A DNA stretch of 64,000 bases from an uncultured Acidimicrobiaceae bacterium (GTDB taxonomy: Bacteria; Actinomycetota; Acidimicrobiia; Acidimicrobiales; RAAP-2): NCBI GenBank assembly GCA_963755495.1, contig CAVWJS010000012.1, forward strand, positions 262,423 through 326,422, given 5' to 3'. Below, one piece after another: positions 44,166-53,486 of the stretch. The notes under the pieces were generated by a model. The model was given only the letters and a program-made list of their open reading frames with translations, was not told the DNA's origin and searched no databases. The first letter of the stretch is position 1. Every line of letters starts with the position of its first letter. Made by a program: the position numbers and the translations under genes.

Positions 44166-44299
44166 CTCCTGATGATGGCCCAGTTCGCCTGACCCTACGT
44201 TCGCCCAGCGTGCGAAGGTTGCGATGGTTACGTCGCCTGAGCAGCAGCGCACTTCTGGTGCCCGGGGGGGTGGCGCATCGCCAGTAGCCTTGAGTCCCT

Positions 44300-45694
44300 A
44301 TGTCCCTCCGGTTGCTCGATCTGCGAGGCGCCCAGCCGCCCTTCGAACACCTCCTCCCTCGACCGGCCGATCCAGGGGTTGATGTGCACGAGGTGGTGGC
44401 GGAGGTCCTGCGCCGGGTCCGCGTCGATGGGGATCAGGCCGTCATTGAGTTCACGGCGAAGTTTGACGGGGTGGATCTGACCGACCCGACGACCGCCATG
44501 CGCGTCCCACCCCCCGAAATAACCGAAGCCCTCGAGCGGATCGACCCGCAGCTCCGTCATGCCCTCGAACTGGCCTTCTCCCGAATCGTGGCCTATCACG
44601 CCCACGAGGGCGCACCGCCCGGTGTGTTCGAGTCGGGTGGGGTCAGCGTGGCGCACCTGACCCGCCCCGTCGGCCGGGCCGGCATTTATGCTCCCGGTGG
44701 CCGGGCCCGTTATCCGTCGACCGTGCTCATGGGCGCGGCGCCGGCCCGGGTCGCCGGGGTCGAGGACATCGCGCTCTGTGTACCCCCGGCCGCCGACGGC
44801 AACGTGGATGACGCCACGCTCGCGGCCGCCGCCATAGCGGGCATCACCGAGGTCTATCGGATCGGGGGTGCGCAAGCCGTGGGTGCCATGGCCTACGGCA
44901 CCGCCACCATCCCTCGCGTCGACGTCATCGCCGGCCCGGGCAATGCCTATGTGGCTGAAGCGAAACGTCAGGTCAGCGGTGTCGTGGGAGTGGCATCTGC
45001 CTTTGCCGGCCCCTCGGAGATCGTCGTGGTGGCCGGATCCGAGGCGCGCCCCGAGCAGTCCGAGCTGGCCGAATTCGCCGCCATCGACCTCGTGGTCCAA
45101 GCCGAGCACGGCCCGGACGGGCTGGCCTGGCTGGTGACGTGGGACGAGTCGTTGTTGGCCGACATCAGCGCGGAAGTCGATCGGATCGTGGCGGCCTCTC
45201 CTCGGCGCATCGACCTCGAAGCCACCCTCGCCACCTCGGGTATCGCCTGCCTCGTCGACACGCCGAGCGCCGCCATGGCCGTCGCCAACATCGTTGCTCC
45301 CGAGCACCTCGAGATCATGGTGCCCCGCCACTTGTTGGCCGGTCCCTCGAGCCTGCTCGACCAGGTCAGCAACGCCGGCGCCGTCTTCCTTGGCCCATGG
45401 TCGCCGGCCAGCCTGGGTGACTACATCGCCGGTCCCAATCACGTGCTGCCCACCAACCGGACGGCGCGCTTTTCGTCAGCCCTTCGTGCGGACGACTTCC
45501 GCCGGCACATCCACGCGGTAACCGTCACCACCGCGGCGCTCCAAGAGCTCGGGCCGCCGGTCATCACCCTGGCCGAGACCGAGGGTCTGCCGGCGCACGC
45601 CGACTCAGTCCGCCGCCGCCTGGCCGCGCTGTCCGGCCCGCCTGCCGGCTCTTCGGGAGGCCCATCGGACGACGCAACGCCCGAGGCGCAATGA
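44300..45694 (+). CDS. hisD: histidinol dehydrogenase
   Basis: ORF 44300..45694. It shows IEFTAKFDGV, YAPGGRARYPSTVLM, IAGPGNAYVAEAKR, QAEHGPDG and GDYIAGPNHVLPT. Confidence 0.93.
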   Translation: MSLRLLDLRGAQPPFEHLLPRPADPGVDVHEVVAEVLRRVRVDGDQAVIEFTAKFDGVDLTDPTTAMRVPPPEITEALERIDPQLRHALELAFSRIVAYHAHEGAPPGVFESGGVSVAHLTRPVGRAGIYAPGGRARYPSTVLMGAAPARVAGVEDIALCVPPAADGNVDDATLAAAAIAGITEVYRIGGAQAVGAMAYGTATIPRVDVIAGPGNAYVAEAKRQVSGVVGVASAFAGPSEIVVVAGSEARPEQSELAEFAAIDLVVQAEHGPDGLAWLVTWDESLLADISAEVDRIVAASPRRIDLEATLATSGIACLVDTPSAAMAVANIVAPEHLEIMVPRHLLAGPSSLLDQVSNAGAVFLGPWSPASLGDYIAGPNHVLPTNRTARFSSALRADDFRRHIHAVTVTTAALQELGPPVITLAETEGLPAHADSVRRRLAALSGPPAGSSGGPSDDATPEAQ

Positions 45695-46770
45695 CCTCGA
45701 TACCGCCCATTCGACCGGACCTCTCGCTGACGGAGGGCTACCACTCGCCGCAGGTCGAGGCGGAGGTGCGGCTGAACACCAACGAGTCGCCTTTTCCGCC
45801 GCCCGAGAAATGGGGCCGGGAGCTCCTGAACGCGCTGGGCGAGGTGGCGTTCCACCGGTATCCAGATCGGCCGGCCACCGAGTTGCGGGCCGCCATCGCG
45901 GCGCTCCATGGCGTCACCGCGGAAGAGGTGTTCTGCGCCAATGGGTCAAACGAAGTGCTGCAGTGCCTCCTGCTGGCGTACGGCGGGCCCGGACGCAAGG
46001 CGGCAGTGTTCGAGCCGACCTACGCGCTGCACGCACACATCAGTCGACTGACGGGAACCACGGTCGTCGAAGGGGGGCGCACCGATGACTTCCGGATCGA
46101 TCCCAGGGAGGCGCGCTTACTCCTCGAGAAAGAGCAGCCCCAGATCACGTTCCTTTGCTCGCCCAACAACCCGACGGGCCGGGCCGAGCCAACGGAGACC
46201 GTCTCTGCGATCCTGACAGTTGCCCCGGGCCTCGTCATCGTCGATGAGGCCTACGGTCAGTTCTCCTCTTGGACCGCGCTCGACCTACGGGGGCCAAAAA
46301 CCGATCGACCCTTCCCCGGCCTCGTGGTCACCCGCACCTTCTCCAAGACGTGGGCGATGGCTGGCGCCCGGCTCGGGTACGCCATCGCCGATCCGGAGGT
46401 GGTGCAGGCGTGCGAGGCCGTCGTGCTGCCGTACCACCTGTCGGCGCAGACGCAACTCGCCGGACTGCTGGCGTTGGAGTACACCGAGGAGATGCAGGCC
46501 CGGGTGGCGCTCGTCGCAGAGGAGCGGGGCCGGGTGGCGACCGCTCTGGGTGACCTTCCGGTTGAAAGCTGGCCGTCGGACGCCAATTTCATCCTCTTCC
46601 GCCCCCTGCATCACAATGCGGACAAGGTATGGAGCGACCTTCTCGACCGCTCGGTGCTCATTCGCAATTGCGCGAGCTGGGATGGCCTTCTCGGTTGCCT
46701 GCGGGTGACAATCGGGCGGCCCGAAGAGAACGACCGATTTCTGAGCGCCTTGGAGGAATGCCTGCAATGA
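45691..46770 (+). CDS. hisC: histidinol-phosphate aminotransferase
   Basis: ORF 45691..46770. Its ATGA start overlaps the hisD stop. It shows LNTNESPFPPP, NGSNEVL, CSPNNPTG and the PLP lysine context TFSKTWAMAGARLGY. Confidence 0.92.
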   Translation: MTSIPPIRPDLSLTEGYHSPQVEAEVRLNTNESPFPPPEKWGRELLNALGEVAFHRYPDRPATELRAAIAALHGVTAEEVFCANGSNEVLQCLLLAYGGPGRKAAVFEPTYALHAHISRLTGTTVVEGGRTDDFRIDPREARLLLEKEQPQITFLCSPNNPTGRAEPTETVSAILTVAPGLVIVDEAYGQFSSWTALDLRGPKTDRPFPGLVVTRTFSKTWAMAGARLGYAIADPEVVQACEAVVLPYHLSAQTQLAGLLALEYTEEMQARVALVAEERGRVATALGDLPVESWPSDANFILFRPLHHNADKVWSDLLDRSVLIRNCASWDGLLGCLRVTIGRPEENDRFLSALEECLQ

Positions 46771-47390
46771 CCGCACCAGACGCACCAGACGCACCGACTG
46801 AGCGCCGCGGCGCCAAGGAGCGCGTCACCAAAGAGACCAGGATCGAAGCCTCGCTCTTCATCGACGGGAACGGTGCGGTCGACGTGAGCACAGGGCTGCC
46901 GTTCTTCGACCACATGGTCGAGCAGTTGGGGCGCCACGCCTCGTTCGACCTCATGGTGCACGCTCAGGGCGACCTGCACGTGGACGCCCATCACACGGTG
47001 GAGGACGTGGGGATCGTGCTCGGGAGTTGCCTGGCCGAGGCGCTGGGCGACAAACGGGGGATCCGCCGTTTTGCGTCGATGCTGTTGCCGCTCGATGAGG
47101 CTCTGATGGAGGTCGCGCTCGATCTCTCCGGTCGTCCGTTCCTGGCCTACGAGGTCGACTTCGCGCCCGACGCGGCCGGGCTGGGCTCGCCGCCGTTCGA
47201 CCCGCAACTGGCCGAAGAGTTCTGGCGCGCCTTCGCCACGGCGGGCAACCTCACCCTGCACATCCGCCGCCGGGAGGGCAAGAACACGCACCACATGCTC
47301 GAGGCGGGGTTCAAGGGCGTGGCGCGGTGCCTGCGTGACGCGGTTCGCATCGAGGGGGGCGGCATCCCGTCGACCAAAGGAAGCCTGTGA
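46767..47390 (+). CDS. hisB: imidazoleglycerol-phosphate dehydratase
   Basis: This is the tail of ORF 46629..47390, from ATG 46767 (ATGA overlap with hisC). It shows RVTKETRIEASL, GLPFFDHMVEQLGRH, DAHHTVEDVGIVLG and NTHHMLEAGFKGVARCL. Confidence 0.92.
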   Translation: MTAPDAPDAPTERRGAKERVTKETRIEASLFIDGNGAVDVSTGLPFFDHMVEQLGRHASFDLMVHAQGDLHVDAHHTVEDVGIVLGSCLAEALGDKRGIRRFASMLLPLDEALMEVALDLSGRPFLAYEVDFAPDAAGLGSPPFDPQLAEEFWRAFATAGNLTLHIRRREGKNTHHMLEAGFKGVARCLRDAVRIEGGGIPSTKGSL

Positions 47391-47430
47391 CGACCAAGGA
47401 AAGCCTGTGACGACTAAGGGCAGCCTGTGA
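47371..47430 (+). repeat. three tandem 20-nt copies of the hisB 3' end / GTGA coupling junction
   Basis: The copies are CGACCAAAGGAAGCCTGTGA (47371-47390), CGACCAAGGAAAGCCTGTGA (47391-47410) and CGACTAAGGGCAGCCTGTGA (47411-47430). Confidence 0.95.
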
Positions 47431-48053
47431 CCCCCAAGATCGCCGTGCTCGACTACGGCATCGGCAACCTCCGGTCGGCCGAGAAGGCTCTTCAGCACGT
47501 TGGCGCAGCAGCCCGTCTCGTCACTGATCCGGCTGAAGTCGAAGCCGCCGATGCCGTGGTGCTCCCCGGCGTGGGCGCCTTCGGCGCATGCGCACGCGCC
47601 TTGCGCGACAGCAATCTCGAGCTGGCGGCCCGGGGCGCTCTCGAAGCGGGCGTTCCGTTCCTGGCCGTTTGTATCGGCTTCCAGCTCCTCTATGAAGGAT
47701 CCGACGAGAGTCCCGAGGCGGCGGGATTGGGCATCTTCAAGGGAAGGGTCGCACCGTTGGCGATGACCGAGAAACACCCGCAAATGCAGTGGAATCAGCT
47801 CGAAGTGATCGGCGGTAGCGCGGGCGACGGCGGGCCGACGCCGTTGCACGGACTGGGGGAGAAGCCGTGGGTCTACTTTGTGCACTCCTACGCCCCGCCG
47901 GTCGGGCCCGAGACGGTGGCGGTGTGCGACTACGGCGGACCCGTGGCGGCCCTGGTGGCACGCCGGAACCTTTGGGGGGCGCAATTCCACCCCGAGAAGT
48001 CGGGTCATAGCGGGTTGGCGTTGTTGGCGAACTTCGTCGCGCTCGCCGCGTGA
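47427..48053 (+). CDS. hisH: imidazole glycerol phosphate synthase, glutamine amidotransferase subunit HisH
   Basis: ORF 47427..48053 (GTG start). It shows IAVLDYGIGNLRS, the catalytic Cys context FLAVCIGFQLL, and the C-terminal GAQFHPEKS. Confidence 0.92.
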   Translation: MTPKIAVLDYGIGNLRSAEKALQHVGAAARLVTDPAEVEAADAVVLPGVGAFGACARALRDSNLELAARGALEAGVPFLAVCIGFQLLYEGSDESPEAAGLGIFKGRVAPLAMTEKHPQMQWNQLEVIGGSAGDGGPTPLHGLGEKPWVYFVHSYAPPVGPETVAVCDYGGPVAALVARRNLWGAQFHPEKSGHSGLALLANFVALAA

Positions 48054-48065
48054 TCCGGTGACGGT

Positions 48066-48854
48066 GTGATCCTGTATCCAGCGATCGACCTTCGCGATGG
48101 GGGGGCGGTTCGGTTGACCCAGGGCGACTTCGATCGGGAGAAGCGCTATGGCGACCCGTTGGCGCTGGCCGCCACGTTCATCGAGGGCGGCGCGTCCTTC
48201 ATCCACGTGGTGGACCTCAACGCCGCCCGCACCGGGGTGCCGCATGAACGGGCGACCTTGGGACGCATTGTCGAGTTGGCCGCCTCTGCGGGAGGGGCCG
48301 GCGTAAGAGTGCAGACCGGTGGTGGCATCCGTACCGAGGACGACGTGGCGGCGGTGCTCAAACTGGGGGTGGCACGGGTCGTGCTCGGAACGACCGCGCT
48401 CAAGGACCCGGACCTGACTACCCGCTGCGTGCGGCGCTGGCCGGGCCGGGTGGCCGTAGGGATCGACTACAGCGGAGCCGACCTCTCGGTGGGCCAGGCG
48501 CAGAGTCACGGATGGGAGGTGGGCTCGCCCCTCGACATTCCCGCCGTGCTCGCGCAATGGCAGGCAGAGCCACTCGGTGCCGTCATCGCGACATCGATCG
48601 CCCGGGACGGCATGCTCGAAGGGCCTGACTTCTCCGGTTTGCGCACGTTGCTCTCGCTCACGCCGCACCCGGTCATCGCCTCGGGAGGAGTCGGGTCCCT
48701 CGAGGACCTGCGTGCCCTGGCAGCGCTGTCCGTCGAGGGGACAGCCGGGTCCGAGGGGGGCCGCCGTCTCGCCGGGGCAATTGTGGGCAAGGCCCTGGTC
48801 GAGGAACGCTTCAGCGTGGAGGAGGCGGTGGCCGCGTGCGCAGTGTCCGCCTGA
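48066..48854 (+). CDS. hisA: ProFAR isomerase HisA (HisA/PriA type)
   Basis: ORF 48066..48854. It shows [33 protein letters not shown], and [12 protein letters not shown]. Confidence 0.9.
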   Translation: MILYPAIDLRDGGAVRLTQGDFDREKRYGDPLALAATFIEGGASFIHVVDLNAARTGVPHERATLGRIVELAASAGGAGVRVQTGGGIRTEDDVAAVLKLGVARVVLGTTALKDPDLTTRCVRRWPGRVAVGIDYSGADLSVGQAQSHGWEVGSPLDIPAVLAQWQAEPLGAVIATSIARDGMLEGPDFSGLRTLLSLTPHPVIASGGVGSLEDLRALAALSVEGTAGSEGGRRLAGAIVGKALVEERFSVEEAVAACAVSA

Positions 48855-49615
48855 TCCCGTGTCTCGACGTCACGAACGGCCGGGTCGTCAAAGGCGTCCG
48901 GTTCGTCGATCTGACCGATGAGGGCGATCCGGTCGAGTTGGCGGCGCGCTACGACGCCGAGGGTGCCGACGAGTTGACGTTCCTCGACATCACGGCCTCG
49001 TCCGATGGCCGGGACACCATGGTCTCGGTGGTGGCGCGCACGGCCGAGCAAGTCTTCATTCCCCTCACCGTTGGTGGAGGGGTGCGCGAGACGGAGGACG
49101 CACGCCGTCTCCTCAGAGCGGGGGCGGACAAGGTGGCGGTGAACTCAGCCGCAGTCGCCCGCCCGACCCTGGTGCGTGACATCGCGGACGAATTCGGATC
49201 GCAGTGCGCCGTGGTCGCCATCGATGCCCGGGCTCGTCCGGGGAGCGGGCGCGGGGACGCAACCGGTTGGCAGGTGTACACGCACGGGGGCCGACGCCCG
49301 ACCGAGCTCGACGTGGTCGCCTGGGCCGTCGAGTGTGCGGCCAATGGCGCCGGGGAAATCCTCCTCACTTCCATGGACCGTGACGGCACAAAGGATGGCT
49401 TCGACTTGGAGCTGATCGCCACCGTGGTCGACGCGGTGGCGATCCCGGTGGTGGCATCGGGGGGTGTAGGGACGCTGCAGCATCTTGTGGAGGGGGCCAC
49501 AGTGGGCGGGGCCGATGCCGTGCTGGCGGCGTCCATCTTCCATCGCCGAGAGTTCACACTGGGTCAGGCCAAGGCCTACATGGCGGAGCACGGCGTCAAC
49601 GTCAGGCCGGTTTAA
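48836..49615 (+). CDS. hisF: imidazole glycerol phosphate synthase, cyclase subunit HisF
   Basis: ORF 48836..49615. It shows [59 protein letters not shown] and VVASGGVG. Confidence 0.93.
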   Translation: MRSVRLIPCLDVTNGRVVKGVRFVDLTDEGDPVELAARYDAEGADELTFLDITASSDGRDTMVSVVARTAEQVFIPLTVGGGVRETEDARRLLRAGADKVAVNSAAVARPTLVRDIADEFGSQCAVVAIDARARPGSGRGDATGWQVYTHGGRRPTELDVVAWAVECAANGAGEILLTSMDRDGTKDGFDLELIATVVDAVAIPVVASGGVGTLQHLVEGATVGGADAVLAASIFHRREFTLGQAKAYMAEHGVNVRPV

Positions 49616-49663
49616 GACCTCCAGGACGGCCCTGACCTGGCCCTGACCTGCACAGGGGCGTTC

Positions 49664-50038
49664 GTGCGGTACCGTGCGAGGGTGGCGACGACGACAAAAA
49701 AGACGGACGAGCCGCCCGTCATCGACGAGATGCAGCCAATTTCGGTCCTCTTCGATCGGGTCATGGTGCAGATGGGGCAGGGGGGAGGCGAGCGCCGTTC
49801 GCGTGCCGGTATCTTGATCCCGGCCACCGCGCAGATCTCGCGCCGGCTGAGCTGGGCCGAGGCGGTCGCGGTCGGCCCGCACGTGCGCACGGTCAAGGTG
49901 GGCGACACCGTGCTGTTCAATCCCGAGGATCGGTTCGAGGTCGAGGTGCACGGGGAGGAGTACGTGATCCTGCGCGAGCGGGACATCCATGCCATCGCGT
50001 CGAAGCGCAATGACAGCGGCACAGGCCTCTACCTATGA
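49664..50038 (+). CDS. GroES (Cpn10) family paralogue with a basic N-terminal extension
   Basis: ORF 49664..50038. [11 protein letters not shown]...[13 protein letters not shown]...[47 protein letters not shown] aligns motif by motif with canonical GroES (IKPLxDRxLV...GxxIPDTAK...VVAVGPG...GDxVxF...GEEYLILxxxDILA). Its stop overlaps the hisI ATG. Confidence 0.75.
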   Translation: MRYRARVATTTKKTDEPPVIDEMQPISVLFDRVMVQMGQGGGERRSRAGILIPATAQISRRLSWAEAVAVGPHVRTVKVGDTVLFNPEDRFEVEVHGEEYVILRERDIHAIASKRNDSGTGLYL

Positions 50039-50496
50039 GCGCGACATCCATGAGCCCCGAATCTCTGAACACCGAATCTCTGAACACCGAATCTCTGAGC
50101 ACCGTGCCCGAGGGGATCGGCCTCGAGGTGGACGACGAGCTGGTCAAAGCGGTCGACTTCACGAAGGATGCTGACGGCCTGGTGCCGGCCATCGTCCAAG
50201 ATGCGACCGACGGTACCGTCCTGACCCTGGCCTATATGGACGCCGAGGCTCTGCGGCGCACCCTCGAGTCGGGCCGGTCGTGGTTCTACAGCCGCAGCCG
50301 TCAGGAGTACTGGCAGAAGGGCGAGACCTCGGGGGATCGCCAGTACGTGCGCGAGGTGCGCATGGACTGTGACGGCGATGCACTCGTCGTGCTGGTGGAC
50401 CAGCACGGACGGGGCGCCTGCCACACCGGCGAGCGCTCATGCTTCTTCCGCACGGTCGGCCAGGGGCCCGGAGTGCCCCGCCCCGCTTCCTCGTGA
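50035..50496 (+). CDS. hisI: phosphoribosyl-AMP cyclohydrolase
   Basis: ORF 50035..50496. It shows [41 protein letters not shown], and [26 protein letters not shown]. The N-terminal 23 codons contain the 15-nt repeats. The alternative start is GTG 50104. Confidence 0.88.
   Translation: MSATSMSPESLNTESLNTESLSTVPEGIGLEVDDELVKAVDFTKDADGLVPAIVQDATDGTVLTLAYMDAEALRRTLESGRSWFYSRSRQEYWQKGETSGDRQYVREVRMDCDGDALVVLVDQHGRGACHTGERSCFFRTVGQGPGVPRPASS
50057..50101 (+). repeat. three tandem 15-nt repeats (CCGAATCTCTGAACA x2, CCGAATCTCTGAGCA)
   Basis: Read directly at 50057-50071, 50072-50086 and 50087-50101. In the hisI frame it encodes [15 protein letters not shown]. Confidence 0.95.
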
Positions 50497-50518
50497 CCCG
50501 AGCCATCGAGATCCGGCT

Positions 50519-52042
50519 GTGCTGACCTTCCGACCCGACGTGGTCGAGTTTGCCGCCCTGGCCAAGGAACACGCCATCGTCCCGGTGTGGTGTGAGGTGG
50601 TGGCCGACACCCTGACGCCAGTCGCCGCCTTCTCGAATCTGGTCGGGGAAGGCGACGGCTTCCTCTTCGAATCGGTCGAAGGGGGCGAGCGGTGGGGTCG
50701 CTACTCGTTCGTCGGTCGGCGGCCCCTGGCCACCCTCACCGCGCGCGGCTCGAGGGTGACCGCGACCGGACGTCTCGGTCTCGGGTCATCGGACGAGGGG
50801 ATCCTCCACGCCGTCGAGACGCTCCTCTCCCGCTTTCAATCACCCACGCTCGACGGGCTGCCGCCGTTGCACGGGGGGCTCGTCGGGTATCTCGGCTACG
50901 ACGTGGTGCGCGAGATCGAGCGACTGCCCAATGTGCCCCCCGATGACCTCGGCCATCCCGATGCAGCGCTCGTGGTGATCGGACAGTTCGCGGCATTCGA
51001 CCACTGGCGCCAGCGCATCTCGCTCATCGAGAACGTCATGCTTGCCGACGGTGCGTCGGCGGAGGAGGTGCGCCAGGCCTACGAGGAGGCGTGTGGCCGG
51101 CTCGAGGAACTGGCTCGGGACTGTGCGCGGACCCGGTCGGGGGAGATGGTGCCCGCGCCGCGCCCGGGATTGGCGTCGGCCGAGGCCAGCCGCACCATGA
51201 GCTCGGAGGAGTACCGGGCGGCCATTGCCATAGCGAAGGAGCACATCACGGCGGGCGACATCTTCCAGGTCGTGCTCTCGCAGCGTTTCGACTTGCAGCT
51301 CGATGCCGACCCCTTCGATGTCTACCGGGCCCTGCGGCTGCTCAACCCGAGCCCGTATCTGTACTTCCTGCGCTTTCCCGAGGTGACCGTCGTCGGCGCC
51401 TCCCCCGAGCCGATGGTGCGCCTGCGTGATCGCGTCGTGATCTCCCGTCCCATCGCCGGTTCTCGCCCGCGCGGCGAGAACGAGCAGCACGATCGCCTGC
51501 TCGAGGGCGAGCTGTCCGAGGATCCCAAGGAACTGGCGGAGCACATCATGCTGGTTGATCTGGCCCGCAACGATGTGGGCCGGGTCGTCCGTTTCGGGAC
51601 AGAGAAAGTGGACGAGCTGATGACGATCGAGCGCTACAGCCACATCATGCACATCACCTCGCAGGTCTCGGGCGAGCTGTCCGAGGACAAGGGACCCATC
51701 GACGTGCTCCGGGCCACCTTGCCGGCGGGGACCCTGTCCGGTGCGCCCAAGGTGCGGGCCATGGAGATCATTGACGAGTTGGAGCGCACCAAGCGCGGTG
51801 TCTACGGCGGGGTCGTGGGTTACATCGACTTCTCGGGCAATATCGACACCGCGATAGCCATCCGCACCATGGTGGTCTCGCCCGATGGTCGGGCCCACGT
51901 CCAGGCCGGGGCCGGGATCGTGGCCGATAGCGATCCCAGCCGCGAGGACGAAGAGTGCCAGCAGAAGGTGCGGGCCCTGTTGGTCGCGGTGACGGCGGCC
52001 CGGGTGATGAGCGCGGACCGGGTAAGCACGGCAACGGCATGA
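50519..52042 (+). CDS. trpE: anthranilate synthase component I
   Basis: This is the tail of ORF 50369..52042, from GTG 50519. It shows VPVWCEVVADTLTPVAAF, FLFESVEGGERWGRYSF, NPSPYLYFL, RPIAGSRPRG, and GTLSGAPKVRAMEIIDELE..KRGVYGG.VGY. Confidence 0.9.
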   Translation: MLTFRPDVVEFAALAKEHAIVPVWCEVVADTLTPVAAFSNLVGEGDGFLFESVEGGERWGRYSFVGRRPLATLTARGSRVTATGRLGLGSSDEGILHAVETLLSRFQSPTLDGLPPLHGGLVGYLGYDVVREIERLPNVPPDDLGHPDAALVVIGQFAAFDHWRQRISLIENVMLADGASAEEVRQAYEEACGRLEELARDCARTRSGEMVPAPRPGLASAEASRTMSSEEYRAAIAIAKEHITAGDIFQVVLSQRFDLQLDADPFDVYRALRLLNPSPYLYFLRFPEVTVVGASPEPMVRLRDRVVISRPIAGSRPRGENEQHDRLLEGELSEDPKELAEHIMLVDLARNDVGRVVRFGTEKVDELMTIERYSHIMHITSQVSGELSEDKGPIDVLRATLPAGTLSGAPKVRAMEIIDELERTKRGVYGGVVGYIDFSGNIDTAIAIRTMVVSPDGRAHVQAGAGIVADSDPSREDEECQQKVRALLVAVTAARVMSADRVSTATA

Positions 52043-53058
52043 GTGCCAGCTCACTCCCGCTCGATGACCAGGTCGCCGCGCTGCGTCACGGCACGGGCGC
52101 CTTTTGGCTCGGCCGGGACATCTTCTCGGTTCGAGGCGATGACGCCGAGTCGTATCTTCAGGGGCAATTGAGCCAGGACGTGGTGGCGTTGGGCATCGGT
52201 GAGGGGGCTGACTCGCTCCTGCTCCAACCGGACGGGAAGCTGACCGCCCTGTTGCGCATCACTCGTGTCGACGGGGAAGAGTTCGTGCTCGATACTGATG
52301 CGGGCTTCGGCGATTCCATGGTGGCTCGGCTCAAGAAGTTCCTGCTCCGTTCGAAGGTGGAGATCGAGCGCCTGCCGTGGCGTTGCCTGGCTCTGCGCGG
52401 GCCCGGGGTCGACTCGACGCTCGCCGCCTTCGAGGAGAACGCCTTTGATGAGAACAGTGCGCTGCGCCTTGCATTCGAGTGGAACGGGTGGAGTGGGATC
52501 GACCTGCTCGGCCCCGCTCTCGCTCTGCCGGAGGGGCTCACTGTCTGTGATCGGGACGCCGTCGAGGCATGCCGGATCGTCTCGGGCATCCCTGCCATGG
52601 GAAGCGAGCTCACCGACAAGACGATCGCGGCCGAGGCCGGTCTCGTGGATCGTTCGGTGAGCTTCACCAAGGGGTGTTACACCGGCCAGGAGCTCGTGGC
52701 CCGGCTCGATGCACGAGGCAACAACGTGCCCCGCCGGTTGGTCGGGGTGGTCGGCAACTCTGACCTTGACGATGGCCGGCTCGCTTTCGGCATGACCCTC
52801 CATGCAGGCGAGGCGCCCGAGGGCGATCCGGCCGTGGTGGCTGCCGCCGACAAGGTTGTCGGCACCATTACCTCGGCCACCTGGAGCCCCGAGCTCGGAG
52901 CGTGGGCGGGCTTGGCCTACTTGCATCGGACGGTTGCGGCACCCGGTCCCGTACGGGTGCGCTCTGGTGACGGGCTCGGCGGTTCCCAGCCGGCCCGGGT
53001 GGACGTGTTGCCTCTGCTGGCGCCCGACCCGCCCGCCTCGCCCGACCCGCCGGGTTAG
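52039..53058 (+). CDS. YgfZ/GcvT-like folate-binding protein
   Basis: This is the tail of ORF 51955..53058, from ATG 52039 (ATGA overlap with trpE). It shows SVRGDDAESYLQGQLSQDV and the YgfZ-type motif FTKGCYTGQELVARL. Confidence 0.8.
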   Translation: MSASSLPLDDQVAALRHGTGAFWLGRDIFSVRGDDAESYLQGQLSQDVVALGIGEGADSLLLQPDGKLTALLRITRVDGEEFVLDTDAGFGDSMVARLKKFLLRSKVEIERLPWRCLALRGPGVDSTLAAFEENAFDENSALRLAFEWNGWSGIDLLGPALALPEGLTVCDRDAVEACRIVSGIPAMGSELTDKTIAAEAGLVDRSVSFTKGCYTGQELVARLDARGNNVPRRLVGVVGNSDLDDGRLAFGMTLHAGEAPEGDPAVVAAADKVVGTITSATWSPELGAWAGLAYLHRTVAAPGPVRVRSGDGLGGSQPARVDVLPLLAPDPPASPDPPG

Positions 53059-53066
53059 GACTGCTC

Positions 53067-53486
53067 GTGCGCTCTGTCCCGGCCGTCATGCTCGTCGGAG
53101 GCAGCGCCTATTCGCTCATCGCAGCTTCGACGACCCCGTTCACCCTCCCCGCGGACGTTCTGACGGGGGCGGTCATTGTGGCCATGACCGTTCTCGTCAT
53201 CGTGCGTTGGCCGCTTCACACGCGCACCGCCGCGAACCCCGCCCGGCCGCAGGATCCGGCGGACCTCGAGCGCGGCGCACACCCTTACCTGCCTTGGGCC
53301 GCTGTTCTCGCGGTCTTCACCGGGTGGGAGCTCTTCAACTACCTCGTCCCGGGGAGCCGGGCGAACCATCCCACGTTCAGTTCGATCACCGATGCCAACG
53401 ACCGCTTCTATCTCCTCAAAGCGCTGTTGTTCCTGACGTGGATCTGGACGGCCTGGGCCATCGTGCAGCGAGGGTCACGCCAATGA
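53067..53486 (+). CDS. hypothetical 4-TM membrane protein
   Basis: ORF 53067..53486. It has four hydrophobic segments (AVMLVGGSAYSLIAA, LTGAVIVAMTVLVIV, LPWAAVLAVFTGWELFNYL, YLLKALLFLTWIWTAWAIV). I assign no family. Its position recalls the trp-operon-associated membrane proteins of actinobacteria. Confidence 0.55.
   Translation: MRSVPAVMLVGGSAYSLIAASTTPFTLPADVLTGAVIVAMTVLVIVRWPLHTRTAANPARPQDPADLERGAHPYLPWAAVLAVFTGWELFNYLVPGSRANHPTFSSITDANDRFYLLKALLFLTWIWTAWAIVQRGSRQ

Noticed and set aside
43131-44300. Whether the toxin-antitoxin region is part of a mobile element or genomic island.
   Set aside because: I saw no integrase, transposase, tRNA target or flanking direct repeats. The region is only about 1.2 kb between the housekeeping genes nth and hisD.
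46611-48668. A 685-aa minus-strand ORF, the longest non-annotated ORF in the window.
   Set aside because: It lies antisense to hisB, hisH and hisA, whose products carry unambiguous family motifs. Its translation is Arg/Gly/His/Pro-rich with no recognisable domain. This is the typical shadow ORF of high-GC DNA, where stop codons are rare on the antisense strand.
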